From Escherichia coli (lineage in GTDB: Bacteria > Pseudomonadota > Gammaproteobacteria > Enterobacterales > Enterobacteriaceae): a stretch of DNA of 64,000 nt. The translations under genes were made by a program, and so were the position numbers. A model generated the notes under the pieces. It made no database searches and was not told the origin of the DNA. It saw only the letters and a program-made list of their open reading frames with translations. Each line of letters begins with the position of its first letter. Positions within the stretch are counted from its first letter, which is position 1. Below, piece by piece: positions 1 through 7,819 of this stretch. Location: NCBI RefSeq assembly GCF_017348835.2, contig NZ_CP071375.1; one strand, given 5' to 3'.

Positions 1-798
1 AAGGTCGTAGGGCCAGATAATAGGCTTTGCTCTAATTTTGGTACTAGTTTTGCTGCTCCAATTGTGGCAAGTTTAGCTGCGCATACATGGCAGAGAATAG
101 CCACTAATTCAGACTTTAATGTTTCACCATCATTGATTAAAGCATTATTAATTCATTCCGCTCAATTATCTTCTCCTGATTACTCGCCAAGTGAAAGACG
201 CTATTTGGGAGCGGGAATTCCTAATGAGGTTATTGAGACCTTATATGATAGTGATGATAGGTTTACTCTGATTTTCCAAACATTCTTGGTTCCTGGGGTG
301 AGGTGGAGAAAGGAAAACTATCCCATACCATCGGCACTTATTCAAAATGGAAAATTTAAAGGTGAGATTGTAATTACTGCTGCATATGCACCACCACTAA
401 ACCCTAATGCCGGCAGTGAATATGTTCGCGCGAACGTAGAGCTAAGTTTTGGCTTAATTGAGAATAATACTATAAAAGGAAAAGTGCCTATGGAAGGAGA
501 AAACGGTCAATCTGGATATGAGAGAGCTCAAATTGAGCATGGTGGAAAGTGGTCACCAGTAAAAATTCATCGCAAGGCATTTAATAAAGGAATTACTTCG
601 GGTAACTGGGCTCTTCAGGCTAAAACAACGTTGAGAGCGAATGAACCGGCCTTAATGGAGCCTTTACCTGTAACTATTGTAGTAACTTTAAAATCATTAG
701 ATGGAAACACACAAGTTTATGCTGATGGTGTAAGAGCTTTAAATGCTAATAACTGGGCTCACTATCCATTGCCTGCTCGTGTGCCAGTTTCCGTATAA
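1..798 (+). CDS. S8 subtilisin-like serine peptidase, C-terminal part (5' end lies outside the window)
   Basis: Frame 1 is open from nt 1 and reads KVVGPDNRLCSNFGTSFAAPIVASLAAH; GTSFAAP is the subtilase catalytic-Ser motif. About 235 aa of C-terminal extension follow. The ORF track lists only 64..798. Confidence 0.7.
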   Translation, partial: KVVGPDNRLCSNFGTSFAAPIVASLAAHTWQRIATNSDFNVSPSLIKALLIHSAQLSSPDYSPSERRYLGAGIPNEVIETLYDSDDRFTLIFQTFLVPGVRWRKENYPIPSALIQNGKFKGEIVITAAYAPPLNPNAGSEYVRANVELSFGLIENNTIKGKVPMEGENGQSGYERAQIEHGGKWSPVKIHRKAFNKGITSGNWALQAKTTLRANEPALMEPLPVTIVVTLKSLDGNTQVYADGVRALNANNWAHYPLPARVPVSV

Positions 799-812
799 CA
801 ACTATATAAATC

Positions 813-840
813 AAACCCGCTGTAGCGGGTTTGATTTATT
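813..840 (+). terminator. Rho-independent terminator after the peptidase gene
   Basis: GC hairpin aacccgc-tgta-gcgggtt followed by a T-rich tract. Confidence 0.5.
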
Positions 841-1214
841 TGTGGGTGTGTTTTATAAAAATACCGCCCATACACAACAAAATACAAAAAGTATTACAGA
901 TAAAAAAGGAGCGTAATGTGCAGATTTGTTGTTTTCCATATTTACTCACCTTAATATGATTAATCCTGATAAGATTGTTATTTCAGCGGTTTTCAAATGA
1001 GATATTATGCTAATCTGGCAGATTTGCATAACATTAAAATTTAATTTGTCTAACCGCTTTTAATAATAAGCGTTGTATTTTTATCCCAGCAATCTATTGT
1101 TTGATTTTTATTCCATCAATGTGGGGGCTTTACACTGGAACCAGTTTATTTATACTTTATACGTCAGCCTGAACAACTGGCATCTGCTGCACTGCGCCAT
1201 CGAGAGATTGAGAA

Positions 1215-1814
1215 ATGGCGCATATACAACTGGTCAAACAAACCTCTTCTGGTTTACTTCTCCCGGCGACGCCGGAGAGTTGCGATTTTCTGCATCAAAT
1301 CAAAATAGGTGAGTGGATACACGCAGACTTTAAGCGTGTGCGTAACTACGCATTCCACAAGCGTTTTTTCAAACTCCTGCAACTGGGATTCGATTACTGG
1401 ACTCCGGTCGGTGGGGCGATCACGCCTCGCGAACGAGAACTGCTGTCTGGTTTCGTGGATTACCTGTGCGAATCAGTTGGTCGGGAACACACATCAGCCC
1501 TGAGTGATGCCGCAGAGCAATACCTTAACACCGTTGCGACTCGTAGAACCCGGGATACGGCGTTGCTAAAGTCGTTTGAGGCTTTCCGCGAGTGGGTAAC
1601 CATTCAGGCCGGATTTTACACCGAGCATATTTATCCGGACGGTAGCCGTGGGCGTCGGGCAAAATCCATCGCTTTTGCGAATATGGACGAAGTCGAGTTT
1701 CAGCAGGTTTATAAATCTGTACTGAATGTGCTGTGGAACTGGATTCTGTTCCGTAAATTCTCCTCTCAGGAGGAAGTTGAAAATGTGGCCGCACAACTAC
1801 TGGAGTTTGCGTAA
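1215..1814 (+). CDS. Lambdoid prophage nin-region protein (DUF1367-like)
   Basis: 199-aa ORF directly upstream of and coupled to the YbcO-like and Q genes; the family assignment is from memory. Confidence 0.5.
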   Translation: MAHIQLVKQTSSGLLLPATPESCDFLHQIKIGEWIHADFKRVRNYAFHKRFFKLLQLGFDYWTPVGGAITPRERELLSGFVDYLCESVGREHTSALSDAAEQYLNTVATRRTRDTALLKSFEAFREWVTIQAGFYTEHIYPDGSRGRRAKSIAFANMDEVEFQQVYKSVLNVLWNWILFRKFSSQEEVENVAAQLLEFA

Positions 1815-2104
1815 TGGTGAATTTACGTAAAGCGGCTAAAGGCCAGATGTGCCAGATCAGAATCCCTGGCTACTGCAATCACAATCCCGAAACCTCTGTG
1901 CTGGCGCATTACAGGCTGGCGGGGACGTGCGGAACAGCGACAAAACCACACGATATGCAGGCGGCGATAGCCTGTAGCTCATGCCACGATCTAATCGACG
2001 GGCGGGTAAAAACCAGCGATTACACCAAAGAAGAATTGCGCCTGATGCATGCTGAAGGGGTTTTTCGCACACAAGAAATCTGGAGAAAGAAAGGTCATTT
2101 ATGA
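1814..2104 (+). CDS. YbcO-like prophage nuclease (DUF1364)
   Basis: 96 aa with the Cys-rich motif CQIRIPGYCNHNPETSVLAH...ACSSCHD, resembling DLP12 YbcO; the start overlaps the upstream stop. Confidence 0.65.
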   Translation: MVNLRKAAKGQMCQIRIPGYCNHNPETSVLAHYRLAGTCGTATKPHDMQAAIACSSCHDLIDGRVKTSDYTKEELRLMHAEGVFRTQEIWRKKGHL

Positions 2105-2643
2105 TTTACCCAACGAATACAGGAAAAAGCGGAGAACACCTTCGCCTCACCACGCTGGAAAGTGTCTGGATTCAGGGAAAACTACGTATGTGGGGGCGCT
2201 GGTCGTATATTGGCGGTGGCAGGTCAGGGAATATGTTCAATCAGTTGTTGGCATCCAAAAAACTGACGAAAACAGCCATTAATGAAGCCCTGCGCAGAAT
2301 GAAAAAAGCGGGAATAGAGAAAGCTGAGCTGGAAGCGTTTTTGCGAGAGATGATCAACGGCAAGCAAAAGAGCTGGCTGGCGCATTGTACTGATGCAGAG
2401 GCGTTATGTATTGATCGAGTCATAAGTGAGGTGCTGGCAGAGCATCCAGGATTGATTTGCATTCTCCGGCAACGCTATGAAGGGCGGGGGATGGCTAAGC
2501 GCAAAATGGCTGAATTGCTAAATGATGCACACCCAGAGTGGTGTTTTAGCACATGCGAAAAACGGATTGCTAATTGGTTAGCTGTTGCTGAGTATGCCCT
2601 ATATATTCCCATGCGTGAATCATTTGCTGAGAAAATGGCTTGA
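2101..2643 (+). CDS. Late-gene antiterminator Q-like protein
   Basis: 180-aa ORF overlapping the ybcO-like stop (ATGA), upstream of a terminator and of a phage-21-type lysis cassette; the call rests mainly on position. Confidence 0.5.
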   Translation: MIYPTNTGKSGEHLRLTTLESVWIQGKLRMWGRWSYIGGGRSGNMFNQLLASKKLTKTAINEALRRMKKAGIEKAELEAFLREMINGKQKSWLAHCTDAEALCIDRVISEVLAEHPGLICILRQRYEGRGMAKRKMAELLNDAHPEWCFSTCEKRIANWLAVAEYALYIPMRESFAEKMA

Positions 2644-2723
2644 TTTCTTACGTATAAACTGCTTCAATTTTGCTATGCTTCGCAAAGCTGTATCGCGAGG
2701 CGGATTGCAGACATGGACATCGT

Positions 2724-2750
2724 AAAAAAACCGCTTAATGCGGTTTTTTT
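2724..2750 (+). terminator. Rho-independent terminator downstream of Q (tR'-like)
   Basis: aaaaaaaccgc-ttaat-gcggttttttt: a short GC stem flanked by an A-run and a T-run. Confidence 0.6.
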
Positions 2751-3628
2751 ACGTCAGGAAAGCAGGGGAGAATGCTGCTAGTTGGGCAACTGGTCTTTCT
2801 GCTCCAAATTATAACAGAGACCAGTTATAGTTTCGGTGCTGTGTTTTTTTTACAATATTGTGATAACACATTGCTGGCGGGAGTTTTGATATTTCTTGGC
2901 AGGGGCTGATGATGCGTTATCCTGATGTCGTCAACTCATATAAAATGAGATGAGAGATCATTGCAGGGTGGTTTGTAATTCGCTGTTTAGCGGGACAATA
3001 TGTTGTCTGATACAAGACACCCGACGCCTCAGATTACTATAATAAAGACGAAGCATCCTTTGTATTGACCAACCGCCTGTTTAGGCGGTTCTTTCTGGGC
3101 TGGTTTATTGTATGCCAAATGATTATTAAAAAGGTTGTGTTAATAACAAAATCCGAAATAATATGCCTGCATATTTTTATCTTGCTTATATTCTGCATAT
3201 TGTGCATAGCAGGCTCATCCCTGCAATCAAAACTGTATGATGAGTATTTTTTGTTTTCCTTTTTTCCAGTCATCTGATGATGACCTGCTTCTTTTTAATC
3301 CGGATCGACATCAGTTTTTTAAGATAATTCCTGCGAGTTATATGCATAAATGCCACAAACTCCGCATTTTATGTGGTTGGGAGTTGCCGGGCGCGCAGTG
3401 AGTTTGCTAAGAAAACTCCTGCATGGTGAATCCCCCTGTGCGGTGGGGTGATACCATTAACCTTTTCTGTCGCCGACAGGTATCACGAACATTTTGTTCA
3501 CCGGGAGGCACCCGGCACCATGCACTTCAATAGATTCTCTCCACATTATGGATATTCTTTCAGAATATCCCACGCAGACTTTGTGTAAATGTTAACAAAT
3601 GTGCGTTTTATTTGATCTGATTCGCTGT

Positions 3629-3658
3629 TTGAGCGTCCAAAACAACGGTATATATAAT
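3629..3658 (+). promoter_or_regulatory. Sigma70-like promoter for the lipoprotein moron
   Basis: TTGAGC (3629-3634), 18-nt spacer, TATAAT (3653-3658), about 30 nt upstream of the 3688 start; SD gagga lies before the ATG. Confidence 0.4.
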
Positions 3659-3687
3659 CCTTTACTATATGACATATGTGAGGAAAA

Positions 3688-4116
3688 ATGGGTTTTCGTA
3701 GCGCATCAATTCTTACGTTGATTATTAGTGGGATTATTATCGGGTGCACTGATGCTGTATCGACAAATTATCATGACCGTACATCATATTACTCCGATAA
3801 AGCAATAGAGACACAGTATGTGAGTTCATCTGAACGTACTTCTGATGTTAGTGAGGATATCCGTCTGTATGCCCATCAAATCAAGAGCGCCATCGAAAAA
3901 CAGTTCGGGGATGCGAGTAAGTATTCAGGAAAAGAGTGTACACTGAGAATGCATATGGCCCCGAATGGCCTTCTACTGGAGGTTAAAAGAGAAAGTGGAG
4001 ACCTCGATTTATGTCGTGAAGCGATGAATGCGATAAAGAATGCTGATATACCTGCCCCCCCTTCGCCGGAAGTATATAAAGTATTTCAAAATGGGGTGCT
4101 GGATTTTAAACCCTGA
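3688..4116 (+). CDS. Outer-membrane lipoprotein with a TolA C-terminal domain III-like domain (moron gene 1)
   Basis: Signal peptide with lipobox IIGC followed by Thr at +2. The C-terminus YAHQIKSAIEKQFGDASKYSGKECTLRMHMAPNGLLLEVKRESGDLDLC...PAPPSPEVYKVFQNGVLDFKP parallels the TolA C-terminus (YAGQIKSAIESKF...GKTCTLRIKLAPDGMLLDIK...PKPPSQAVYEVFKNAPLDFKP, recalled from memory). Confidence 0.75.
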   Translation: MGFRSASILTLIISGIIIGCTDAVSTNYHDRTSYYSDKAIETQYVSSSERTSDVSEDIRLYAHQIKSAIEKQFGDASKYSGKECTLRMHMAPNGLLLEVKRESGDLDLCREAMNAIKNADIPAPPSPEVYKVFQNGVLDFKP

Positions 4117-4266
4117 TATTTATTGTTTTGTAATAAACGGTTTCGGCTTAGGTTTGTTCTGACACAGCTACGGCACTGAGCTAAATTTAGCGGATAGTCA
4201 GCTCTGAGCCAGTGGCGGACGTAACAACTACTATTGCTGAGATTTTAATGGATTGAGGAGCAAGAA

Positions 4267-4662
4267 GTGGGATTAAAGAAAATCGTTATGTTGACTTTTT
4301 GGGTCGGTTTTGTTGCGGGATGCACACCTTTACACCCTTCAGATTGCCACAAAACTACTGCTACAGGTAGTTGCAGTTCAGGACGCTGGGATGATCAGGA
4401 TGAATGGGGGGCGCAAGCGCGGGGAATCAGAGCTGCAATTAATGCCAAACTTGATGAGCCGCATAACTGGAAAGGGAAAAAATGCAGGTTGCATATGGAA
4501 TTCTCTCAGGATGGCACGGCGTTAAAAATATCTACCAGTAACGGTGATAAAGCCTATTGCGAAGCGATAAAGTCCGCAGCTCATAAAGCCAAATTTCCGG
4601 CCTTCAACAATCCGGAAGTCTACAGAGATTTTCAGAAATCTGGCTTTGACATGCGAGGTTAG
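4267..4662 (+). CDS. Second, divergent TolA domain III-like lipoprotein (moron gene 2)
   Basis: GTG start with SD gaggag; signal peptide MGLKKIVMLTFWVGFVAGC (lipobox VAGC, Thr at +2); C-terminal KGKKCRLHMEFSQDGTALKIS...FPAFNNPEVYRDFQ follows the same pattern as gene 1 and TolA-III. Confidence 0.65.
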   Translation: MGLKKIVMLTFWVGFVAGCTPLHPSDCHKTTATGSCSSGRWDDQDEWGAQARGIRAAINAKLDEPHNWKGKKCRLHMEFSQDGTALKISTSNGDKAYCEAIKSAAHKAKFPAFNNPEVYRDFQKSGFDMRG

Positions 4663-4787
4663 CTCTTCAATTACTATATCTCATTCATAGCAAACTGACA
4701 GATTTGATGATGTTCTATATACGAAACCTGTGATGTCAAGTCTGAGCTAATACAAATAAACATAATATCAGAGAAATACATTTTATT

Positions 4788-4811
4788 AGCTCGCTACGGC
4801 GAGCTTTTTAT
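4788..4811 (+). terminator. Rho-independent terminator closing the lipoprotein moron
   Basis: agctcgc-tacg-gcgagct followed by ttttta. Confidence 0.55.
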
Positions 4812-4913
4812 ATTGCATCGTCTCCAGCATATATATCAATTAAGGCTCTGATTGATGTGTCTGAAAGCCTACACATAATAACTATGCCATCCGTTCCGTG
4901 CGGAGGTGAGGCT

Positions 4914-5129
4914 ATGAAATCCATGGACAAAATTTCAACAGGCATTGCCTACGGCACCTCCGCAGGCAGTGCTGGCTACTGGTTTTTACAGTTGCTCGAT
5001 AGAGTAACTCCGTCACAGTGGGCTGCAATCGGTGTGCTGGGTAGTCTGGTATTTGGCCTGCTGACGTACCTGACAAACCTTTATTTCAAGATTAAAGAAG
5101 ATAAGCGCAAGGCTGCGAGAGGTGAATAA
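4914..5129 (+). CDS. Phage-21-type class II holin (pinholin S21-like) with a dual-start motif
   Basis: [26 protein letters not shown]... 71 aa from Met 4914; the MKSMDK arrangement matches the S21 antiholin/holin dual start; SD ggaggtgag. The ORF track extends upstream to 4857. Confidence 0.8.
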   Translation: MKSMDKISTGIAYGTSAGSAGYWFLQLLDRVTPSQWAAIGVLGSLVFGLLTYLTNLYFKIKEDKRKAARGE

Positions 5130-5626
5130 TGCCTCCATCATTACGAAAAGTCGTTGCTGCTGCTATTGGTGGCGGAGCAATTGCTATAGCATCAGTGTTA
5201 ATCACTGGCCCAAGTGGTAACGATGGTCTGGAAGGTGTCAGCTACATACCATACAAAGATATTGTTGGTGTATGGACTGTATGTCACGGGCATACAGGAA
5301 AAGACATCATGCTCGGTAAAACGTATACCAAAGCAGAATGCAAAACACTCTTGAATAAAGACCTTGCCACTGTCGCCAGACAAATTAACCCGTACATCAA
5401 AGTCGATATACCGGAAACAACGCGCGGCGCTCTTTACTCATTCGTTTACAACGTGGGTGCTGGCAATTTCAGAACATCGACGCTTCTTCGCAAAATAAAC
5501 CAGGGCGATATCAAAGGCGCATGTGATCAGCTACGTCGCTGGACATATGCTGGCGGTAAGCAATGGAAAGGTCTCATGACTCGTCGTGAGATTGAGCGTG
5601 AAATCTGTTTGTGGGGTCAGCAATGA
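5129..5626 (+). CDS. SAR endolysin (R21-like lysozyme)
   Basis: 165 aa with an N-terminal hydrophobic signal-anchor-release segment ([20 protein letters not shown]) followed by a lysozyme domain; start overlaps the holin stop (taATG). Confidence 0.8.
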   Translation: MPPSLRKVVAAAIGGGAIAIASVLITGPSGNDGLEGVSYIPYKDIVGVWTVCHGHTGKDIMLGKTYTKAECKTLLNKDLATVARQINPYIKVDIPETTRGALYSFVYNVGAGNFRTSTLLRKINQGDIKGACDQLRRWTYAGGKQWKGLMTRREIEREICLWGQQ

Positions 5627-6087
5627 ACAGAGTAACCGCGATTATCTCCGCTCTGGTTATCTGCATCATCGTCTGCCTGTCATGGGCTGTTAATCATTAC
5701 CGTGATAACGCCATTACCTACAAAGCCCAGCGCGACAAAAATGCCAGAGAACTGAAGCTGGCGAACTCGACAATTACTGACATGCAGGTGCGCCAGCGTG
5801 ATGTTGCTGCGCTCGATGCAAAATACACGAAGGAGTTAGCTGATGCGAAAGCTGAAAATGATGCTCTGCGTGATGATGTTGCCGCTGGTCGTCGTCGGTT
5901 GCACATCAAAGCAGTCTGTCAGTCAGTGCGTGAAGCCACCACCGCCTCCGGCGTGGATAATGCAGCCTCCCCCCGACTGGCAGACACCGCTGAACGGGAT
6001 TATTTCACCCTCCGGGAACGACTGGTAATGATGCAGGCCCAACTTGAAGGTGCTCAGCAATACATAACCGAGCAGTGTTTAAAGTAA
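5623..6087 (+). CDS. Rz i-spanin
   Basis: [47 protein letters not shown]... is close to lambda Rz; start overlaps the endolysin stop. Confidence 0.85.
   Translation: MNRVTAIISALVICIIVCLSWAVNHYRDNAITYKAQRDKNARELKLANSTITDMQVRQRDVAALDAKYTKELADAKAENDALRDDVAAGRRRLHIKAVCQSVREATTASGVDNAASPRLADTAERDYFTLRERLVMMQAQLEGAQQYITEQCLK
5843..6028 (+). CDS. Rz1 o-spanin lipoprotein, embedded in the +1 frame of Rz
   Basis: [24 protein letters not shown]...[16 protein letters not shown]: lipobox plus Pro-rich region, fully nested inside Rz as in lambda. Confidence 0.85.
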   Translation: MRKLKMMLCVMMLPLVVVGCTSKQSVSQCVKPPPPPAWIMQPPPDWQTPLNGIISPSGNDW

Positions 6088-6224
6088 AATCTTAACTACA
6101 ATATGATTCATTTTGATGATTGTTTCATAAGGAACAGTGAAGTAAGATCTAAGAGGAGTTAAATTTTATACAGTATAATCATAATATTGCAGCAAGGTGG
6201 TTATAATTGAAAGAATATTTAGAT

Positions 6225-7682
6225 ATGAATACATCTCATGTAAGAGTTGTTACTCATATGTGTGGGTTCCTGGTTTGGCTCTATAGTCTTTCAATGTTGC
6301 CACCAATGGTTGTAGCATTGTTTTATAAAGAAAAAAGCCTGTTCGTTTTCTTTATAACTTTCGTTATATTTTTTTGCATTGGTGGCGGAGCGTGGTATAC
6401 AACTAAGAAATCTGGCATTCAATTACGTACCCGTGATGGGTTTATTATAATTGTAATGTTTTGGATTTTGTTTTCTGTTATTAGTGCATTCCCTTTATGG
6501 ATTGACTCAGAACTTAATTTAACGTTCATTGATGCTCTGTTTGAAGGGGTTTCTGGAATAACAACAACAGGAGCAACTGTAATTGATGATGTTAGTTCAT
6601 TACCTCGGGCATATTTGTACTATCGGTCACAGTTAAATTTTATAGGTGGTTTAGGAGTTATTGTTCTGGCGGTTGCTGTATTGCCATTATTGGGTATTGG
6701 TGGTGCAAAGCTTTATCAGTCAGAAATGCCGGGGCCATTTAAGGATGACAAACTCACTCCCCGCCTGGCCGATACGTCACGGACACTGTGGATAACTTAT
6801 TCTTTATTAGGTATTGCTTGTATTGTCTGTTATAGACTTGCAGGAATGCCTTTGTTTGATGCTATTTGTCACGGGATTTCCACAGTTTCGCTTGGTGGTT
6901 TCTCAACTCATAGCGAGAGTATCGGATATTTTAATAACTATTTGGTTGAGCTGGTGGCTGGTTCTTTTTCCCTGCTATCGGCTTTCAACTTCACTCTTTG
7001 GTATATTGTTATTAGCAGGAAAACGATAAAACCTTTAATCAGAGATATTGAACTTCGTTTCTTTCTGTTAATAGCCTTAGGGGTGATCATTGTTACCTCT
7101 TTCCAGGTCTGGCATATAGGTATGTATGACTTGCATGGAAGTTTTATTCATTCGTTTTTTCTTGCCAGCTCCATGCTCACTGATAATGGTTTAGCTACGC
7201 AGGATTATGCAAGTTGGCCCACGCATACGATAGTGTTTTTGCTGTTGTCAAGTTTCTTTGGGGGATGTATAGGTTCAACTTGTGGTGGAATTAAGTCACT
7301 TCGATTTCTTATACTTTTCAAACAAAGCAAACACGAGATAAATCAGCTTTCTCATCCCAGAGCGTTGTTGAGTGTAAATGTAGGAGGGAAGATAGTTACA
7401 GATCGTGTAATGAGGTCTGTATGGAGTTTCTTTTTTCTTTATACTCTCTTCACGGTGTTTTTTATACTGGTGTTAAATGGTATGGGATATGATTTTCTTA
7501 CATCATTTGCAACAGTGGCTGCATGTATTAATAATATGGGATTAGGTTTTGGGGCTACTGCATCGTCATTCGGAGTGCTTAATGACATTGCAAAATGTTT
7601 AATGTGCATAGCTATGATTCTTGGTCGCCTTGAAATTTATCCTGTTATTATATTGTTTTCAGGTTTTTTTTGGCGCTCCTAA
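6225..7682 (+). CDS. trkG: Prophage-encoded K+ uptake protein TrkG (TrkH paralogue)
   Basis: 485 aa from MNTSHVRVVTHMCGFLVWLYSLSMLPP; AT-rich gene, same position after Rz/Rz1 as in K-12 Rac. Confidence 0.9.
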   Translation: MNTSHVRVVTHMCGFLVWLYSLSMLPPMVVALFYKEKSLFVFFITFVIFFCIGGGAWYTTKKSGIQLRTRDGFIIIVMFWILFSVISAFPLWIDSELNLTFIDALFEGVSGITTTGATVIDDVSSLPRAYLYYRSQLNFIGGLGVIVLAVAVLPLLGIGGAKLYQSEMPGPFKDDKLTPRLADTSRTLWITYSLLGIACIVCYRLAGMPLFDAICHGISTVSLGGFSTHSESIGYFNNYLVELVAGSFSLLSAFNFTLWYIVISRKTIKPLIRDIELRFFLLIALGVIIVTSFQVWHIGMYDLHGSFIHSFFLASSMLTDNGLATQDYASWPTHTIVFLLLSSFFGGCIGSTCGGIKSLRFLILFKQSKHEINQLSHPRALLSVNVGGKIVTDRVMRSVWSFFFLYTLFTVFFILVLNGMGYDFLTSFATVAACINNMGLGFGATASSFGVLNDIAKCLMCIAMILGRLEIYPVIILFSGFFWRS

Positions 7683-7819
7683 TATATGGCTGATTTATAA
7701 TTGTGAGTTTAATATTATGTTGACTCACTCATTGATCCAATACCTAACTTTACCAGCAACACCTCCGTCCCCAGTAGCACTGGCTGCTGGGGTGCGTTTT
7801 ATTCATAAAGCAAGGCTGT

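Noticed and set aside
1073-1503. ORFs 1073..1312 and 1309..1503 around the DUF1367-like gene
   Set aside because: The first spans AT-rich promoter-like DNA and the second is an alternative frame inside the 199-aa gene; the longer coupled ORF 1215..1814 is preferred.
3037-3277. Overlapping 70-78-aa ORFs on both strands in AT-rich DNA downstream of Q
   Set aside because: Mutually overlapping on opposite strands in low-complexity AT-rich sequence with no convincing RBS. A small hydrophobic peptide from 3065..3277 cannot be fully excluded.
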